Assembly (NCBI GenBank): GCA_963743525.1
Contig: CAVUQH010000002.1
Span: 160,001-224,000, forward strand
Direction of reading: 5' to 3'
Source: an uncultured delta proteobacterium
Lineage (GTDB): Bacteria; Myxococcota_A; Polyangia; Haliangiales; Haliangiaceae
DNA: 64,000 nucleotides
Within the stretch, counting starts at the first letter, position 1, and each line of letters begins with the position of its first letter. Below are positions 38,925 to 53,151 of the stretch, piece after piece. The position numbers were made by a program, and so were the translations under genes. The notes beneath the pieces are model-generated. The model saw nothing but the letters and a program-made list of their open reading frames with translations. It did no database searches and had not been told where the DNA came from.

Positions 38925-38945
38925 ATCCCCCCAGACCCCCGCGCC

Positions 38946-38995
38946 GGCCGCTCGGGGTGGGGTCTCGCCCAAACCGGACCCCACCCCGAGCGGCC
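38946..38995. repeat. Perfect 19-bp inverted repeat with 12-nt loop
   Basis: ggccgctcggggtggggtc / gaccccaccccgagcggcc. Confidence 0.9.
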
Positions 38996-39072
38996 CGTGG
39001 GGACCATATCCGCCGCCCTACCGCCCTACCGCCTACCGCCCGCCGCGCCGCAAACGCCCGGCCGCCGCCCGC

Positions 39073-40386
39073 TCACGGCATCGGGTCGTTGATCAGCGTC
39101 CAGTCACCCGGCGGATCGAACGGCAACACAGTCGCGTCGCGGAGGATGTCGAAGGTCTCTTCGATCCCCTTGCCGAACTCGCCGTGGTCCGGCCCGGGAC
39201 CCACCGGCGCCCGGTCGTTCTTGGTCGACTGCACCAGGAGATCGTTGATCGCCACGATCGGTTGGCCGGCCAGGAACTCGAACTGGTACCAGGACAGCTC
39301 CGGCGTGGCCGAGAAGTCCATGTCCTCGGGCCGCGGAATCAGCACGATCGCGAAGTCCGACGCGTTGATCCGGCGACCCGGACTGGCGGTGTCGCCCTTC
39401 ACCGTCTCGGTCGCCGTGTGAATGTACGTGCCGGGATACGGCCACGACGCCCCCGACTCGTTGCCGCACCAGGTGTCGTTGTACTTCACGCACGTCTGCC
39501 CGCCGGTGAAGATCACGATGTGGTCGCCGTCGCCGTCGTCGGCGATCCGGTAGACATCCTTGGGCAAGAGGCCCAGCTGCTTGCCGTGCCACGACAGGTG
39601 GAAGAACGCCAGCACCGGGTTGGCCATATCCTCGACGTCGAGGATCACATTGATGTGCTCCCAGTCGCCCTCGTGACTGTTGGCGAACTTGTCGTACGGG
39701 TAGTAGAACCAGTACGAGACCGCCAGCAGCGAGTCGGCCTTGGACAGCCAGAACAGGTGGGCGTACTGCGTGGGCGGGAACGGCGCGCTGGTCGGATCGC
39801 CCTCGCCCGGATTGGCGTAGCCCTGAATGCTGCGGAAGTTCTCCGACCAGGTTTCGTCGGCGGCGCCCATTCCGGTGTTGTCCCCCGGCACGTCCACCCA
39901 GTAGGCGTAGTCGCGCCCACTCGGGGCAGTCGTCGGCAGGTCGCGCAGGTTGACCTGGGTCAGGTCGGCCGGCAGCGGGGTTGTGCCGTCCGGGTACATC
40001 GTCACCTTCTCGTCGGTCGTCATGTCAACGTCGTAGGTGAAGTTGATCCGCCCGTCGTGCTCGACCCGATGGAGCCCGTCGGTGGCGTTGACCAGGGCGT
40101 AGTTCACCGAAATCGCCCAGGCGTCGTCGCCGGTCATCACCTGCGCCGGGTTGAAGCGCTTGGCCAGCGCCAACTGGTCGGCCAGCGACATTTCGGCCGG
40201 CGTCAGATCCGACGGCGTGTAACCGCAGTCGGTATCCGTCTGGTCGAAGCAGTAGCTCTTGGGCGCGGCGTCGTAGATGTGCGCGTCGGCGCGCGGCCGC
40301 GCATCCGGGTTGCCACCGCCTCCGCCGCCACAGGCCGCCAGAGCCGCCGTGAGAAATAGGGTCGCCGCCGAGCGTCGCATGCGCAT
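39073..40386 (-). CDS. Lipoprotein with Vps62/NPP1-like domain
   Basis: Lipobox ALAAC; YWFYYPYD...HEGDWEHINV motif. Confidence 0.65.
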   Translation of the reverse strand: MRMRRSAATLFLTAALAACGGGGGGNPDARPRADAHIYDAAPKSYCFDQTDTDCGYTPSDLTPAEMSLADQLALAKRFNPAQVMTGDDAWAISVNYALVNATDGLHRVEHDGRINFTYDVDMTTDEKVTMYPDGTTPLPADLTQVNLRDLPTTAPSGRDYAYWVDVPGDNTGMGAADETWSENFRSIQGYANPGEGDPTSAPFPPTQYAHLFWLSKADSLLAVSYWFYYPYDKFANSHEGDWEHINVILDVEDMANPVLAFFHLSWHGKQLGLLPKDVYRIADDGDGDHIVIFTGGQTCVKYNDTWCGNESGASWPYPGTYIHTATETVKGDTASPGRRINASDFAIVLIPRPEDMDFSATPELSWYQFEFLAGQPIVAINDLLVQSTKNDRAPVGPGPDHGEFGKGIEETFDILRDATVLPFDPPGDWTLINDPMP

Positions 40387-40427
40387 CCCTCTACGCTACC
40401 GCCACGGCGCCCCCGCCGTCGAGTTAC

Positions 40428-41105
40428 CTACTTCACACGGGTAACGTAGGCGATGATCTTCTGTGCCGACTCGAAGTCGCGCTTGCCGCGGATGGCCCCG
40501 TCATAGCTGTCGTAGCTACCCAGCCGTACCCGGTACCAGGTGCCCTTGCCCGGCACGTCGGCCTCCGCGATGTACGGCTCGTAGCCGGCGTTGACCAGGC
40601 GATCGCGGAACGAATCGGCCTCTGCTCGGTCCTGGAACGACGACAGCTGCAGGGTCCAGGCGTGCTGGGAGCCGTGGCTCTTGTCGTCCACGACCTCGGG
40701 CTTGGGCTCGGGCGCCGGCTTGGCCGGCTTGGGCGCGGCCTTGGCCTCGACCTTGGCCGGCGCGGGTGCCGGCTTGGCCTCGGCCTTTTCCGGCGGCGGC
40801 GCCTGCAACACCTCGTCCACCGGCCCCAGCGGCTCATCGTCCTGGCCGGTCAGCGCCTGGGGAAACGACAGCTCCTCGTGGTTGGCGCTCAGCTCGTCCA
40901 GGGCGGCCAGCGGATCCTCGGATGCGGTCGTCGCCGCGCCCGTGGCCACGTGCGAGCGGGACTCGACCCTCTTGCCCACCATCACGCCCAGGACGAAGAC
41001 CAGACAGGCGATCACCGCCCCGCCGAAAAACAGGTAGAAGATCTGCCGTCCGTCCAGGCTGACCTCGACCTTGTCCTTGAACAGCTCGGGTTCGCTGCGA
41101 CGCAT
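40428..41105 (-). CDS. SPOR-domain membrane protein (FtsN/DedD-like)
   Basis: TM helix, Pro/Ala linker, [14 protein letters not shown]...WYRVRLGSY. Confidence 0.9.
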   Translation of the reverse strand: MRRSEPELFKDKVEVSLDGRQIFYLFFGGAVIACLVFVLGVMVGKRVESRSHVATGAATTASEDPLAALDELSANHEELSFPQALTGQDDEPLGPVDEVLQAPPPEKAEAKPAPAPAKVEAKAAPKPAKPAPEPKPEVVDDKSHGSQHAWTLQLSSFQDRAEADSFRDRLVNAGYEPYIAEADVPGKGTWYRVRLGSYDSYDGAIRGKRDFESAQKIIAYVTRVK

Positions 41106-41155
41106 GCCGGCAGGGTCGCCCGATCCTTTGATCCGGGCAAATTTCTAGCGCCGGG

Positions 41156-44100
41156 CTAGCCGCTGGTCGTGGTGTTCTGGATGCGGGTCGGCGAGAAGCC
41201 GCTGCCGGGCTCACTGGGATTGAGCCGGTAGATCTGGCCCTGGGTTCGACGAGCTCTGGTCGCCCTCGTCGAGCATCCACAGGTGGCGGTCGGGCCCCGG
41301 GGTCAGCACCGTGGGCCAGCTGACCGAGGGCGCCACCAGCAGCGGGATGAAGCCGTCGATGATCTCGATGCGCAGCTGGAACAGCCGGTGGACCGCGCTG
41401 AAGGCCGGCCGGGTTCCCGCGGCGTCGTCGATGCAGGTCTCGTCGCCATGGGTGGTCGGCTTGACCACGTGGAAGCGAACGCCGGGCAAATCGACGCGGA
41501 TGGACGGGACGTCTCGGACCCGCACGGCCAGGTCTTTCTCGGCGGTGCACTTGCCGTCGTTGGCGAACGGCGTGTACTGCTCGGCGGTGGACACCGTCTC
41601 GGAGCACGGGTTGGGCGAAAGGTCGGCCGGCCCGTCACCGGCGCACGGCGGCGCGGTCAGCGGCACCCTGCCGACGTTCAGCGGGTTGCCGTTGGGGTCG
41701 TCGATGCACTCGCCGGTGTTCTCGTCGACGATGCGGTTGGTGAGGAAGCCGCTCTGCTGGCCGACCACTGCGAACGCCTCGCCGACGCGGGTCTGATAGC
41801 GCTGCAGGGTCGAGATGCACTCGGCCGGCGGGATCACGCCCTCGTCGCAGAAGCCGTCGGCGTCGCAGGCGGTGCCGTCCGGGCAGGCGCCGTTGGCATC
41901 ACAGCGGAGCATGCACCAGCTCTTGCCCGGTTTGCGCGACGGGTCCTCACCGCAGGTGAACGACGGCGGAGAGGACGACGGCGTCTGCATGTACGGCTCG
42001 TCCGGCGAGGCCATGCCCACGGCGACGTTGTAGTAGTCGGTGCACTGACTGTCGTCGCTGCAGCCGTCCACAGGTGTCGTGTCCAGCACGACGCGACGGG
42101 GGATCAGGGTCAGCTCGTCGTTCTTGGTCGACGTCACCGAGAAGTTGCGCGCGGTGATGAAGAAGTCGCGGCAGTCGACGCTCAGGCGGTCGACCTCGTC
42201 GTCGGGCACGCACATGCCGCTGCCCAGCAACACCGCCGGCGTCTCCGGGTGGACGAAACAGGTCTCGCCGATGCCGCACTGGGCGTCGCCGCGCGACGGA
42301 TCGCAGCCGACGAAGTTGACGAAGTCGTACGGCTCGACGCCCATGCGGCAGAACGGCGCCGAGTTGTCGCGCAGCGCGATGCCGTCGCTGGTGGGCCGGG
42401 CCTGGGCGGTGCGGGTGACCGGACCGTCGATGCTGACGTCGCTGCTGTCGAGCGAGATGCGCCCCTCCCAGTCGAGGCGGATGACCTCGTTGCGCACGCC
42501 CATCAGGTCCGGGAAGGCCGCCTCGCGAACATCCTTGGGCGCGGCGAACGACAGCTCGTTGACCGGAATCTCGTCGCCCGAGGTGTCCGGGTTGGGGTCG
42601 CACAGCGAGGTGCGGAGGTACGGCATGAGGTTGGTCTTGGCCGGGTTGACCACGCCGTTGTCGAAGATCTGCGTGATGTCGCCGCCGCTCAGCCGCGGGC
42701 CGCCTACGCTCGAATCGGGGCCGACCGCGTTGCACAGCGACGGCTCCCCCGGGTCGCCGGCGACGCCGCCGCGATCGGGCACGAAGTCGCGCAACTGGTG
42801 GGCCAGCGCCAGCGGCAACGACACGATCGCCGGATCGCTGGGGTCCTCGAAGTCGGGGTAGTTGTCGTCGTCGACGTTGGCGACGTAGATGGCGCCGTCG
42901 GAGGCGGTGATGAAGGCAAAGTAACCGACCATGCTGGTCGGTGCGACCGTGCCGCTGTCCGCGTTGACGCCGGCGATGGCCACGTCGAGGGGGATGTTCT
43001 CCCAGTCGCGGACGATCAGCGAGCGGACCCGCGGGATGTGGATGCCCGGCGAGCGCGCGTCGGGCCGCCGCGGTGGGGTCGACGGATCGCCGACCGGCAT
43101 GCACGACAGGAACGACACGTCGCGGACGTCGTGCAGGTAGCGCGGGTCGACCTGCGTGTCGCACTCGTTCATCTCGTTGAGCACCTCGGCCACGCGAACC
43201 GTGGCGTCGGTGGCGATGGCGTAGACGAACTGCATCTGTCCCGCCGTGCCGCTGCCGAAGACGCCGGTGCCGCCGCCCATGTTGATCTTGGGGGTCGCCA
43301 CCAGCTTGAGCACGCCGACCTGACCGTCGAGGTCAACCTGGCTGACCGCGGTCGGCAACCGGGAATCGTCGAGGTCGACGATGACCACCTCGGGCAGGTT
43401 CTCGGCGCCGATGTACAGACGCGTGCCGTCCTTGGCCATGTCCAGCGCCACCGGTCGGCCGGGCCCACCGATCGCCTGGCGGGCGGTCGGATTGAGGGCG
43501 CCGTCACCGCACTCGTCGTCGCAGGTGACGTTGCCGTCGGTGATTTCGACGGTGCCGTCGCCGAAGTGGATGCCGGAGACCACGGTGCCGGTCGCCGGAT
43601 CGACGGCCGCCACCAGGTTGCAGTCGGGATAGGCGATGTAGACCACGCCCTGCGGCTCGGCCGGGCAAGCGAAGCCGACGTCGGTGGACATCGGCTCGGC
43701 GACCATGTGCACCGGGCGCGCCAGGATTGGATCGCCCGACGCGTTGACCACCTGCACTCGCTTGACCTGCGCCGGCACCTTGGTGTCGAGCGCCGAGTTG
43801 ACGTCCAGCACCGACAGGTCACAGCTGCCGGCGTTGGCGGTCACCGCGTAGCAGCTGTCGGTGGTCGTGGCGACGTCAACCGGCAGCGTGCCGACCGGCA
43901 CCGCGCTGCGACCCGGGGTGTACGGATCGGCGTCGATCAGGCCGCCGGCGGCGATGCCACTGCTGTCGGCCGACATCTGCACGACGGCCAGAGAGCCCTT
44001 GGTCGGCTGCAGCACGAACGCGGCGAAGCTGACCGACTGCGGGCTGACCACGCCGTCGATCGGCTCCTGCCCGTCCGGAACCATGTCGTCGAGGCGGTCG

Positions 44101-44315
44101 GTGCACGAGATGACCGGCTGCGGACTGCGCACGACGGCTTGATCCGGCGTGGCCGGATCACCGTTGGTGATACGAAGGTCGCCCCAGCAGGCAAACGACA
44201 CCGCGCTGGGCCGGTCGAGGTTGAACACGCTGGTGGAGCTCTGGCTCTGTGCGCACGAGGTCGCGGCGGCGGCGACGGCGCAGGCGAGCCCGGCGCGGCG
44301 AAGGGCGGCGCTCAT
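41156..44315 (-). CDS. Large Cys-rich beta-propeller lipoprotein; +1 frameshift at about 41246 near the C-terminus
   Basis: Start MSAALRR (TGATG overlap); lipobox ATSC; VPVGTLPVDVA propeller motifs; removing one base extends the C-terminus to ..TQGQIYRLNPSEPGSGFSPTRIQNTTTSG*. Confidence 0.7.
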
Positions 44316-45685
44316 CACTGGCCCCCCGCCTGGCGCTCGCGGCCGATTTGCATGATGACGCGGTTCTCCGTAAACGAGCCGGGCTGGATGTCGATCACCG
44401 AGATGGTGTCCTCGAGGAAATTGGTCACGTACAGCCGGCCCCGGCCGGCGGCCAGCGCGGAGGCGTGGGCACCCCGGCCGACCGGAATGGTGGCGAGCAC
44501 GGTGCCGCGCTCGAGATCGAGGACCCACACCTGGCTGTCCTGGAAGCACGAGATGTACGCGCGCTCGCCCGCGCCCAGGTCGGCGACCTGGATCACCGAT
44601 GCCTCGCGGCAGATTTCGATCGCGTCGATCATGTCGTTGCGCGGCACCCCGTCGGGGCCCATCGTGGTGTCGACGATCTGCAGCGTCGGCGGATTGCGGT
44701 TGACCACGTAGGCGCGGTTGCCGTCGGCCGAGAAGGCGATCCCGCGGCTGTCGCTCGACGGGATGATGCGGTTGAGGAAGAAGAAGTCGCCCGGCGCCAT
44801 GGTCGGCTCGCCGTTGGCCCGGCGGTAGACGGACAGGGTGTGTACCCGCGACTCGGCCCGGGAGGTGACGTAGACCAGGTCGTCCACCGTGCCCGGCAGG
44901 CGACCTGCGATGCCGGTGGCGCCGCGCACGCCGGTGGTCGAGTTCTGGGCGAACAGACCGCCGATGGCGTCGGTCAGCAGCGGCGGAGTGCCGTCGGTCG
45001 GCGCGTCAACCAGCGACACCGTGCCCAGGGTCAGGTGGGTGACCATGGCGTAGCCGTTGCCGGAGTCGACGAACATCCCCCACGGCTCCTCGGACAGGCC
45101 GAGCTCGTCGGGGTTGTTGTGCAGGTGATCCAGCCGATGATCCTCGTCACACAGCGGGAACGCGCCGGTACCGCCGCATTCCATGGTCCGGTCGGTCAAC
45201 GAGTAGTCGATGTAGGTGATCGATGGATCGCCGCGGACCGGGACGAACAAGCGCAGGTCACCGCTGTCGAGCTGCTCGACTCCGACCGCGGCGGCGAAGT
45301 TGCCCAGTCGCCGGGTCGAGTCGGCCAGCACCATCGCCTTCTCGTTGCACACCAGGGTCAGCGGTGAATCGGCATCGACCTCGCAGCAGTCGGGGCAACC
45401 GGAGGGGTCGGCGGGCACTTGCATGCCCGGCAGCCACTGCCCGATCAGGCTTTCCACGACATCGAGATCCAGCACCGCGACCGAGCCGGAGTCATAGCGG
45501 AGCTCGGAGTTGGCGTTGGCGACGAACAGCACGCTCTCGTCCGGGGCGATGCCCAGGCCCGAGGGGAAGAACAGCTGGTCGGCCGGCGGCCTGACCTCTT
45601 CCGAGCTGGCCGGACACCCGGCTGCCGCCACGGCCAGCGCCGCGCAGATAATCCATTGAAATTTCGGGAACATTCTTCGCCGCAT
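44315..45685 (-). CDS. YncE/YVTN-type beta-propeller lipoprotein
   Basis: Lipobox AAAGC; RGIAFSADGNRAYVVN, IPVGRGAH, RLYVTNFLEDTISVID. Confidence 0.82.
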   Translation of the reverse strand: MRRRMFPKFQWIICAALAVAAAGCPASSEEVRPPADQLFFPSGLGIAPDESVLFVANANSELRYDSGSVAVLDLDVVESLIGQWLPGMQVPADPSGCPDCCEVDADSPLTLVCNEKAMVLADSTRRLGNFAAAVGVEQLDSGDLRLFVPVRGDPSITYIDYSLTDRTMECGGTGAFPLCDEDHRLDHLHNNPDELGLSEEPWGMFVDSGNGYAMVTHLTLGTVSLVDAPTDGTPPLLTDAIGGLFAQNSTTGVRGATGIAGRLPGTVDDLVYVTSRAESRVHTLSVYRRANGEPTMAPGDFFFLNRIIPSSDSRGIAFSADGNRAYVVNRNPPTLQIVDTTMGPDGVPRNDMIDAIEICREASVIQVADLGAGERAYISCFQDSQVWVLDLERGTVLATIPVGRGAHASALAAGRGRLYVTNFLEDTISVIDIQPGSFTENRVIMQIGRERQAGGQ

Positions 45686-45760
45686 GGAGGGGGACGCGGT
45701 GGGCTAGGCGATTGGACCGCCGGGGAGCCCCGGCGGTTGTCCGCGAGCCGCTGAGCCGGT

Positions 45761-48415
<2,655 letters not shown>

Positions 48416-48419
48416 GAGG

Positions 48420-50484
48420 TCACACCGTTAGCTGCCGGAAGTCGGCAATGCGCGTAAAGGTGGCGTTGATGCTGCCGAGGAGCGCCAGGCGGTTGCGCCG
48501 CACATTGTCGTCCTCGTCCATCACCAGCACCGCGTCGAAGAAGCGGTCGACCGGGTCCTTGAGCTCGGCCAGGACCTGCAGTGAACCGTGGTAGTCGCCG
48601 GCCGTCAGGCTGGCGTCGACCCGGCTGCGGATCTCGCGGAATGCGTCCCACAGGGCGCGCTCGGCGTCTTCGGCGAAACGTGTCGGGTCCGGCTCGGCCC
48701 CGGCACGCTCGCCCTTGAGGATGTTGGCGACGCGCTTGAACGCCGCCGCCAGCGGCTCGAAGTCGGGACGGCCGCGCAGCTCGGAGACCGCCTCGGCGCG
48801 GGCAACCACGTCGGCGACGGTGTCCATGCCCGCGGTCAGCGCGGCGTCGACGCAGTCGGTCGGCAACCCTGACTCGACCAGCGCGCCGCGCAGGCGCACG
48901 CGGAAGAACTCCAGCACCTCGGCCTTGCGCTGGTCGGACACCGCGACGCCGCCGTCGATCAGCGCCGCCGCGGCCCAGTCGATCAGCTCGGTCACCGACA
49001 CCGTCCACGCGCGATCGCGAAGGATCGACAGCACCGCCAGCGCCGCCCGGCGCAGGCCGTAAGGGTCGGCCGAGCCGGTGGGCACCAGGCCGACGGCGAA
49101 ACAGCCGACCACGGTGTCGATGCGGTCGGCGATGCCCAGCACGGCGCCGGTATCGCCGGCCGGCAGCGCATCGCCCGCGCCGCGCGGCAGGTACTGCTCG
49201 GCGATGGCGCTGGCCACCGGCTCCGGCTCGCCGGCCAGACGGGCGTAGTGGGCGCCCATGACGCCCTGCAGCTCGGGGAACTCGCCGACCATGTTGGTCA
49301 CCAGGTCGGCCTTGCACAGCGCCGCCGCCCGGGCGACGGCGCCGCCGTCCACGTCGACGGCACCGGCGATGCGCCCGGCCACCTGGCCGACGCGCGCCAC
49401 CTTGGCCGCCACCGAGCCCAGCTTGGACTGGAAGACCACGTCGGCCAGCCGCGCGGCGAAGTCGTCGAGCGACTTCTTGCGGTCCTCGCGGAAGAAGAAG
49501 CGGGCATCGGACAGACGCGCGGCCAGCACGCGCTGATTGCCGGCGCGGACCACGTCGACGTCGCGGGTCACGGTGCCGGCGATGGTGACGAAGCGGTTGG
49601 TCAGCTTCCCGGCGGCGTCCTGCATGGCGAAGTAGCGCTGGTGCGAGCGCATCGCCGACACGATCACCTCTTCGGGCACCTCGAGGAACGCCTCGTCGAA
49701 GCTGCCGCAGACCGCGACCGGATACTCGACCAGGTTCGACACCTCGTCGAGCAGCGCGTCGTCGGGGCGAACCACGGCGCCGGTCTCCTTCTCGATGCGC
49801 AGGAGCTCGGCCTGGATCATCTCCCGTCGCGCCGACGGCTCGACGATGACGAACGCCTCGCGCAGCGCGCTCTGGTAGGCGTCAGCCCCGGCCGTGACCG
49901 GCAGCGGCGCCGGCGCCAGGAAGCGATGGCCGCGGCTTTCGGAGCCGGAGCGCACGCCGAAGCGCTCCACCGGCAGCACGGCGTCGCCGAGCAGCGCGAC
50001 GATCCAGTGCACCGGGCGAACGAAGGGTCCGGTGCCGTCGTCCCAGCGCATCGCTTTGGGCCACGGCAGCTCGCTCACCAGCCGCTCGAGCACCGCCGGC
50101 AACACCTCGGCGGCCGGCAGACCGGCGACCTCGCGGTTGGCGACCAGGTAGTCGCCCTTGCGGCCCTCGACCTCGGCCCGCTGCAGGGCGTCCGGGTCGA
50201 GCCCGTTCTTGCGCGCGAAGCCGAGAGCGGCCTTGGTCGGCTTGCCGTCGGCGTCGAAGGCAACCCGGGCCGGCGGACCGACCAGGCGCTCGTGCAGGTC
50301 CGGCTGGCGATCGGCCACTCCTTTGACGGTCAGCACCAGGCGCCGCGGCGTGCCCAGCACTCGCAGGCGCTGGTGGTCGAGGCGAGCCTCGTCCAGCAGG
50401 CGCGTGGCCAGGCTCTCGAGGTCGACGAGACCGCGGGCGAGGAAACCGGCCGGGATCTCCTCGGTTCCGATCTCGAACAGCAGA

Positions 50485-50495
<11 letters not shown>
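48420..50495 (-). CDS. glyS: Glycine--tRNA ligase beta subunit
   Basis: [58 protein letters not shown]. Confidence 0.96.
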
Positions 50496-51477
<982 letters not shown>

Positions 51478-51557
51478 AGAGGCCCGCAGGCGGTTGGACG
51501 CGGCACCGTAGCAGAGCGGTTGGATCGGGGTCAAGGCGCCGTAGCCATTGGAAACTC

Positions 51558-51586
51558 TTGACGATCTCCGGTCCCGGGGCTAACGT
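51558..51586 (+). promoter_or_regulatory. Sigma70-type promoter (possibly near-leaderless transcript)
   Basis: TTGACG-N17-TAACGT ending 8 nt before the ATG at 51595; no obvious RBS. Confidence 0.5.
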
Positions 51587-51594
51587 CACGAGCC

Positions 51595-52110
51595 ATGAAT
51601 CGCGCGCTCTGGGGGGTCCTCGCCTGTGCGCTCCTGGGCGGGTGCTCGCTGATCCTCAATTTCGACGATCCGGGCAACGGCGGAGGCGGTACCGACGCCA
51701 TGCCTGCCGACGCTGGCCCTGTCGGCGATGGTGGCGACCCGTGCTCGGCCTACGAGCCCAACAACTCGCTGTCCACCGCCTATCCGATCGAGGCCGGGAC
51801 CTACGCGCCGGTCGGCATCTGCCCCGCCGGCGACCGTGATTTCTTCAGCTTCACGGTCGACGGCGCGCAGGACGTCGTCGTCGATGCGCTGTTCACCAAC
51901 GCCCAGGGCATGGACCTCGAGATGCGGATGTACAACGACCAGGGAATGGTCATCGCACGCTCCGAGACCTTCGACGACAACGAAGAGATCGTGCAGTCGT
52001 CGGCCACCAACACGCTCTTGCCCGCCGGCACCTACGACGTCGAGATCTTCGGCTTCAACAACGTTGACACCAACGACTACCAGCTGGTGTTGACGTTGAC
52101 CGCGCCGTAG
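51595..52110 (+). CDS. Lipoprotein with PPC (pre-peptidase C-terminal) domain
   Basis: Lipobox LLGGC; YEPNNSLSTA, DRDFFSF, DLEMRMY, LPAGTYDVEI. Confidence 0.8.
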   Translation: MNRALWGVLACALLGGCSLILNFDDPGNGGGGTDAMPADAGPVGDGGDPCSAYEPNNSLSTAYPIEAGTYAPVGICPAGDRDFFSFTVDGAQDVVVDALFTNAQGMDLEMRMYNDQGMVIARSETFDDNEEIVQSSATNTLLPAGTYDVEIFGFNNVDTNDYQLVLTLTAP

Positions 52111-52117
52111 CCGCGCC

Positions 52118-53017
52118 CTACTCCACTGCGACGCGGTAGAGGCTGCCGTCGGTCTCGAGGGTGATGAGCGATCTGCCGTCCGTGCCCATCCACACCACGT
52201 GGGCGAAGTCCGGCTGGCCCAGCGGCGTGAGGGCGCCCTTCTCGTCGACGGCGGCGAGAACGCCGTCGCTGGTGACGCGGTAGAGCTCGTCGCCGACCCA
52301 GGCAGCGGCGCGGACATGCTTCCACTTGCCGTTGTCGCCGCGGTTGAACCAGTCACCCTTGCTGGTGTCGACGTTGAAGGCACTGCCGTCCTTCTCGACG
52401 CTGACCAGCTTGCCGCTGGCGCTGCCGAACATCAGCCGGGTGTCGGCGAAGTCGGCCTTGCCGATCTGATTCCACGCGCCGGTGGCCAGCGGCGTGCGGT
52501 AGAGCGTGCCGTCCTTCTCGACGGTGAACATGTTGTCACCGGCCGAAGCGGCGGCGATGGTGTCGCTGAAGCCGCCCTGCTTGCCCACCGGCTTGCGCGT
52601 CGCGCTCTTCGGATCGATCGACCACAAGGTGCCGTCGCGATCGAGGCTGTAGAGGGCGTCGCCGTTGGCGAACATCCACCGCACGCCGCCGAAGTCGGGC
52701 TTGCGGCTGATGATCTTCTGCTCGCCGCTGGCCAGATCGGTGGCGTAGAGCGTGCCGTCCACGACCGCGTGGTACAGGGTGCCACCGGCGATGGCGCCGC
52801 CGATGAGCTGCTTGAAGCCGTCGTTCTTGGTGATGCGCACCCACGAGCCGGGCCCCGTGCTGCCGCTGTTCGGCTGCGCCTCGCCGGCGCCGCCCTTGTC
52901 CGCCGCTGCGGGGGCGCCCGCCTTGTCTGCGCCGGCCTTGTCGTTCTTGGCGCTGTCGTTGCCGCAGGCGGCGACGAGAAGAAGTGAGGAAAGGATCGCG
53001 ACGGTGGTCTTGCTCAT
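52118..53017 (-). CDS. Tachylectin-like beta-propeller lipoprotein
   Basis: Lipobox LVAAC; repeated DGTLY...G.W..IGK.DF blades. Confidence 0.65.
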   Translation of the reverse strand: MSKTTVAILSSLLLVAACGNDSAKNDKAGADKAGAPAAADKGGAGEAQPNSGSTGPGSWVRITKNDGFKQLIGGAIAGGTLYHAVVDGTLYATDLASGEQKIISRKPDFGGVRWMFANGDALYSLDRDGTLWSIDPKSATRKPVGKQGGFSDTIAAASAGDNMFTVEKDGTLYRTPLATGAWNQIGKADFADTRLMFGSASGKLVSVEKDGSAFNVDTSKGDWFNRGDNGKWKHVRAAAWVGDELYRVTSDGVLAAVDEKGALTPLGQPDFAHVVWMGTDGRSLITLETDGSLYRVAVE

Positions 53018-53151
53018 GATGGTCTCCCTGGCCAGCTGGCCCGTTCAGGTCTCCCCCTATCGGCGGGAGCGCCCGATCGGTTGTCTGGCCGGCAGATGCC
53101 ATCACTCGCGACCGCCGCGAGACTCGGATGTCGCGGGGTTAGCGCCGCGGA

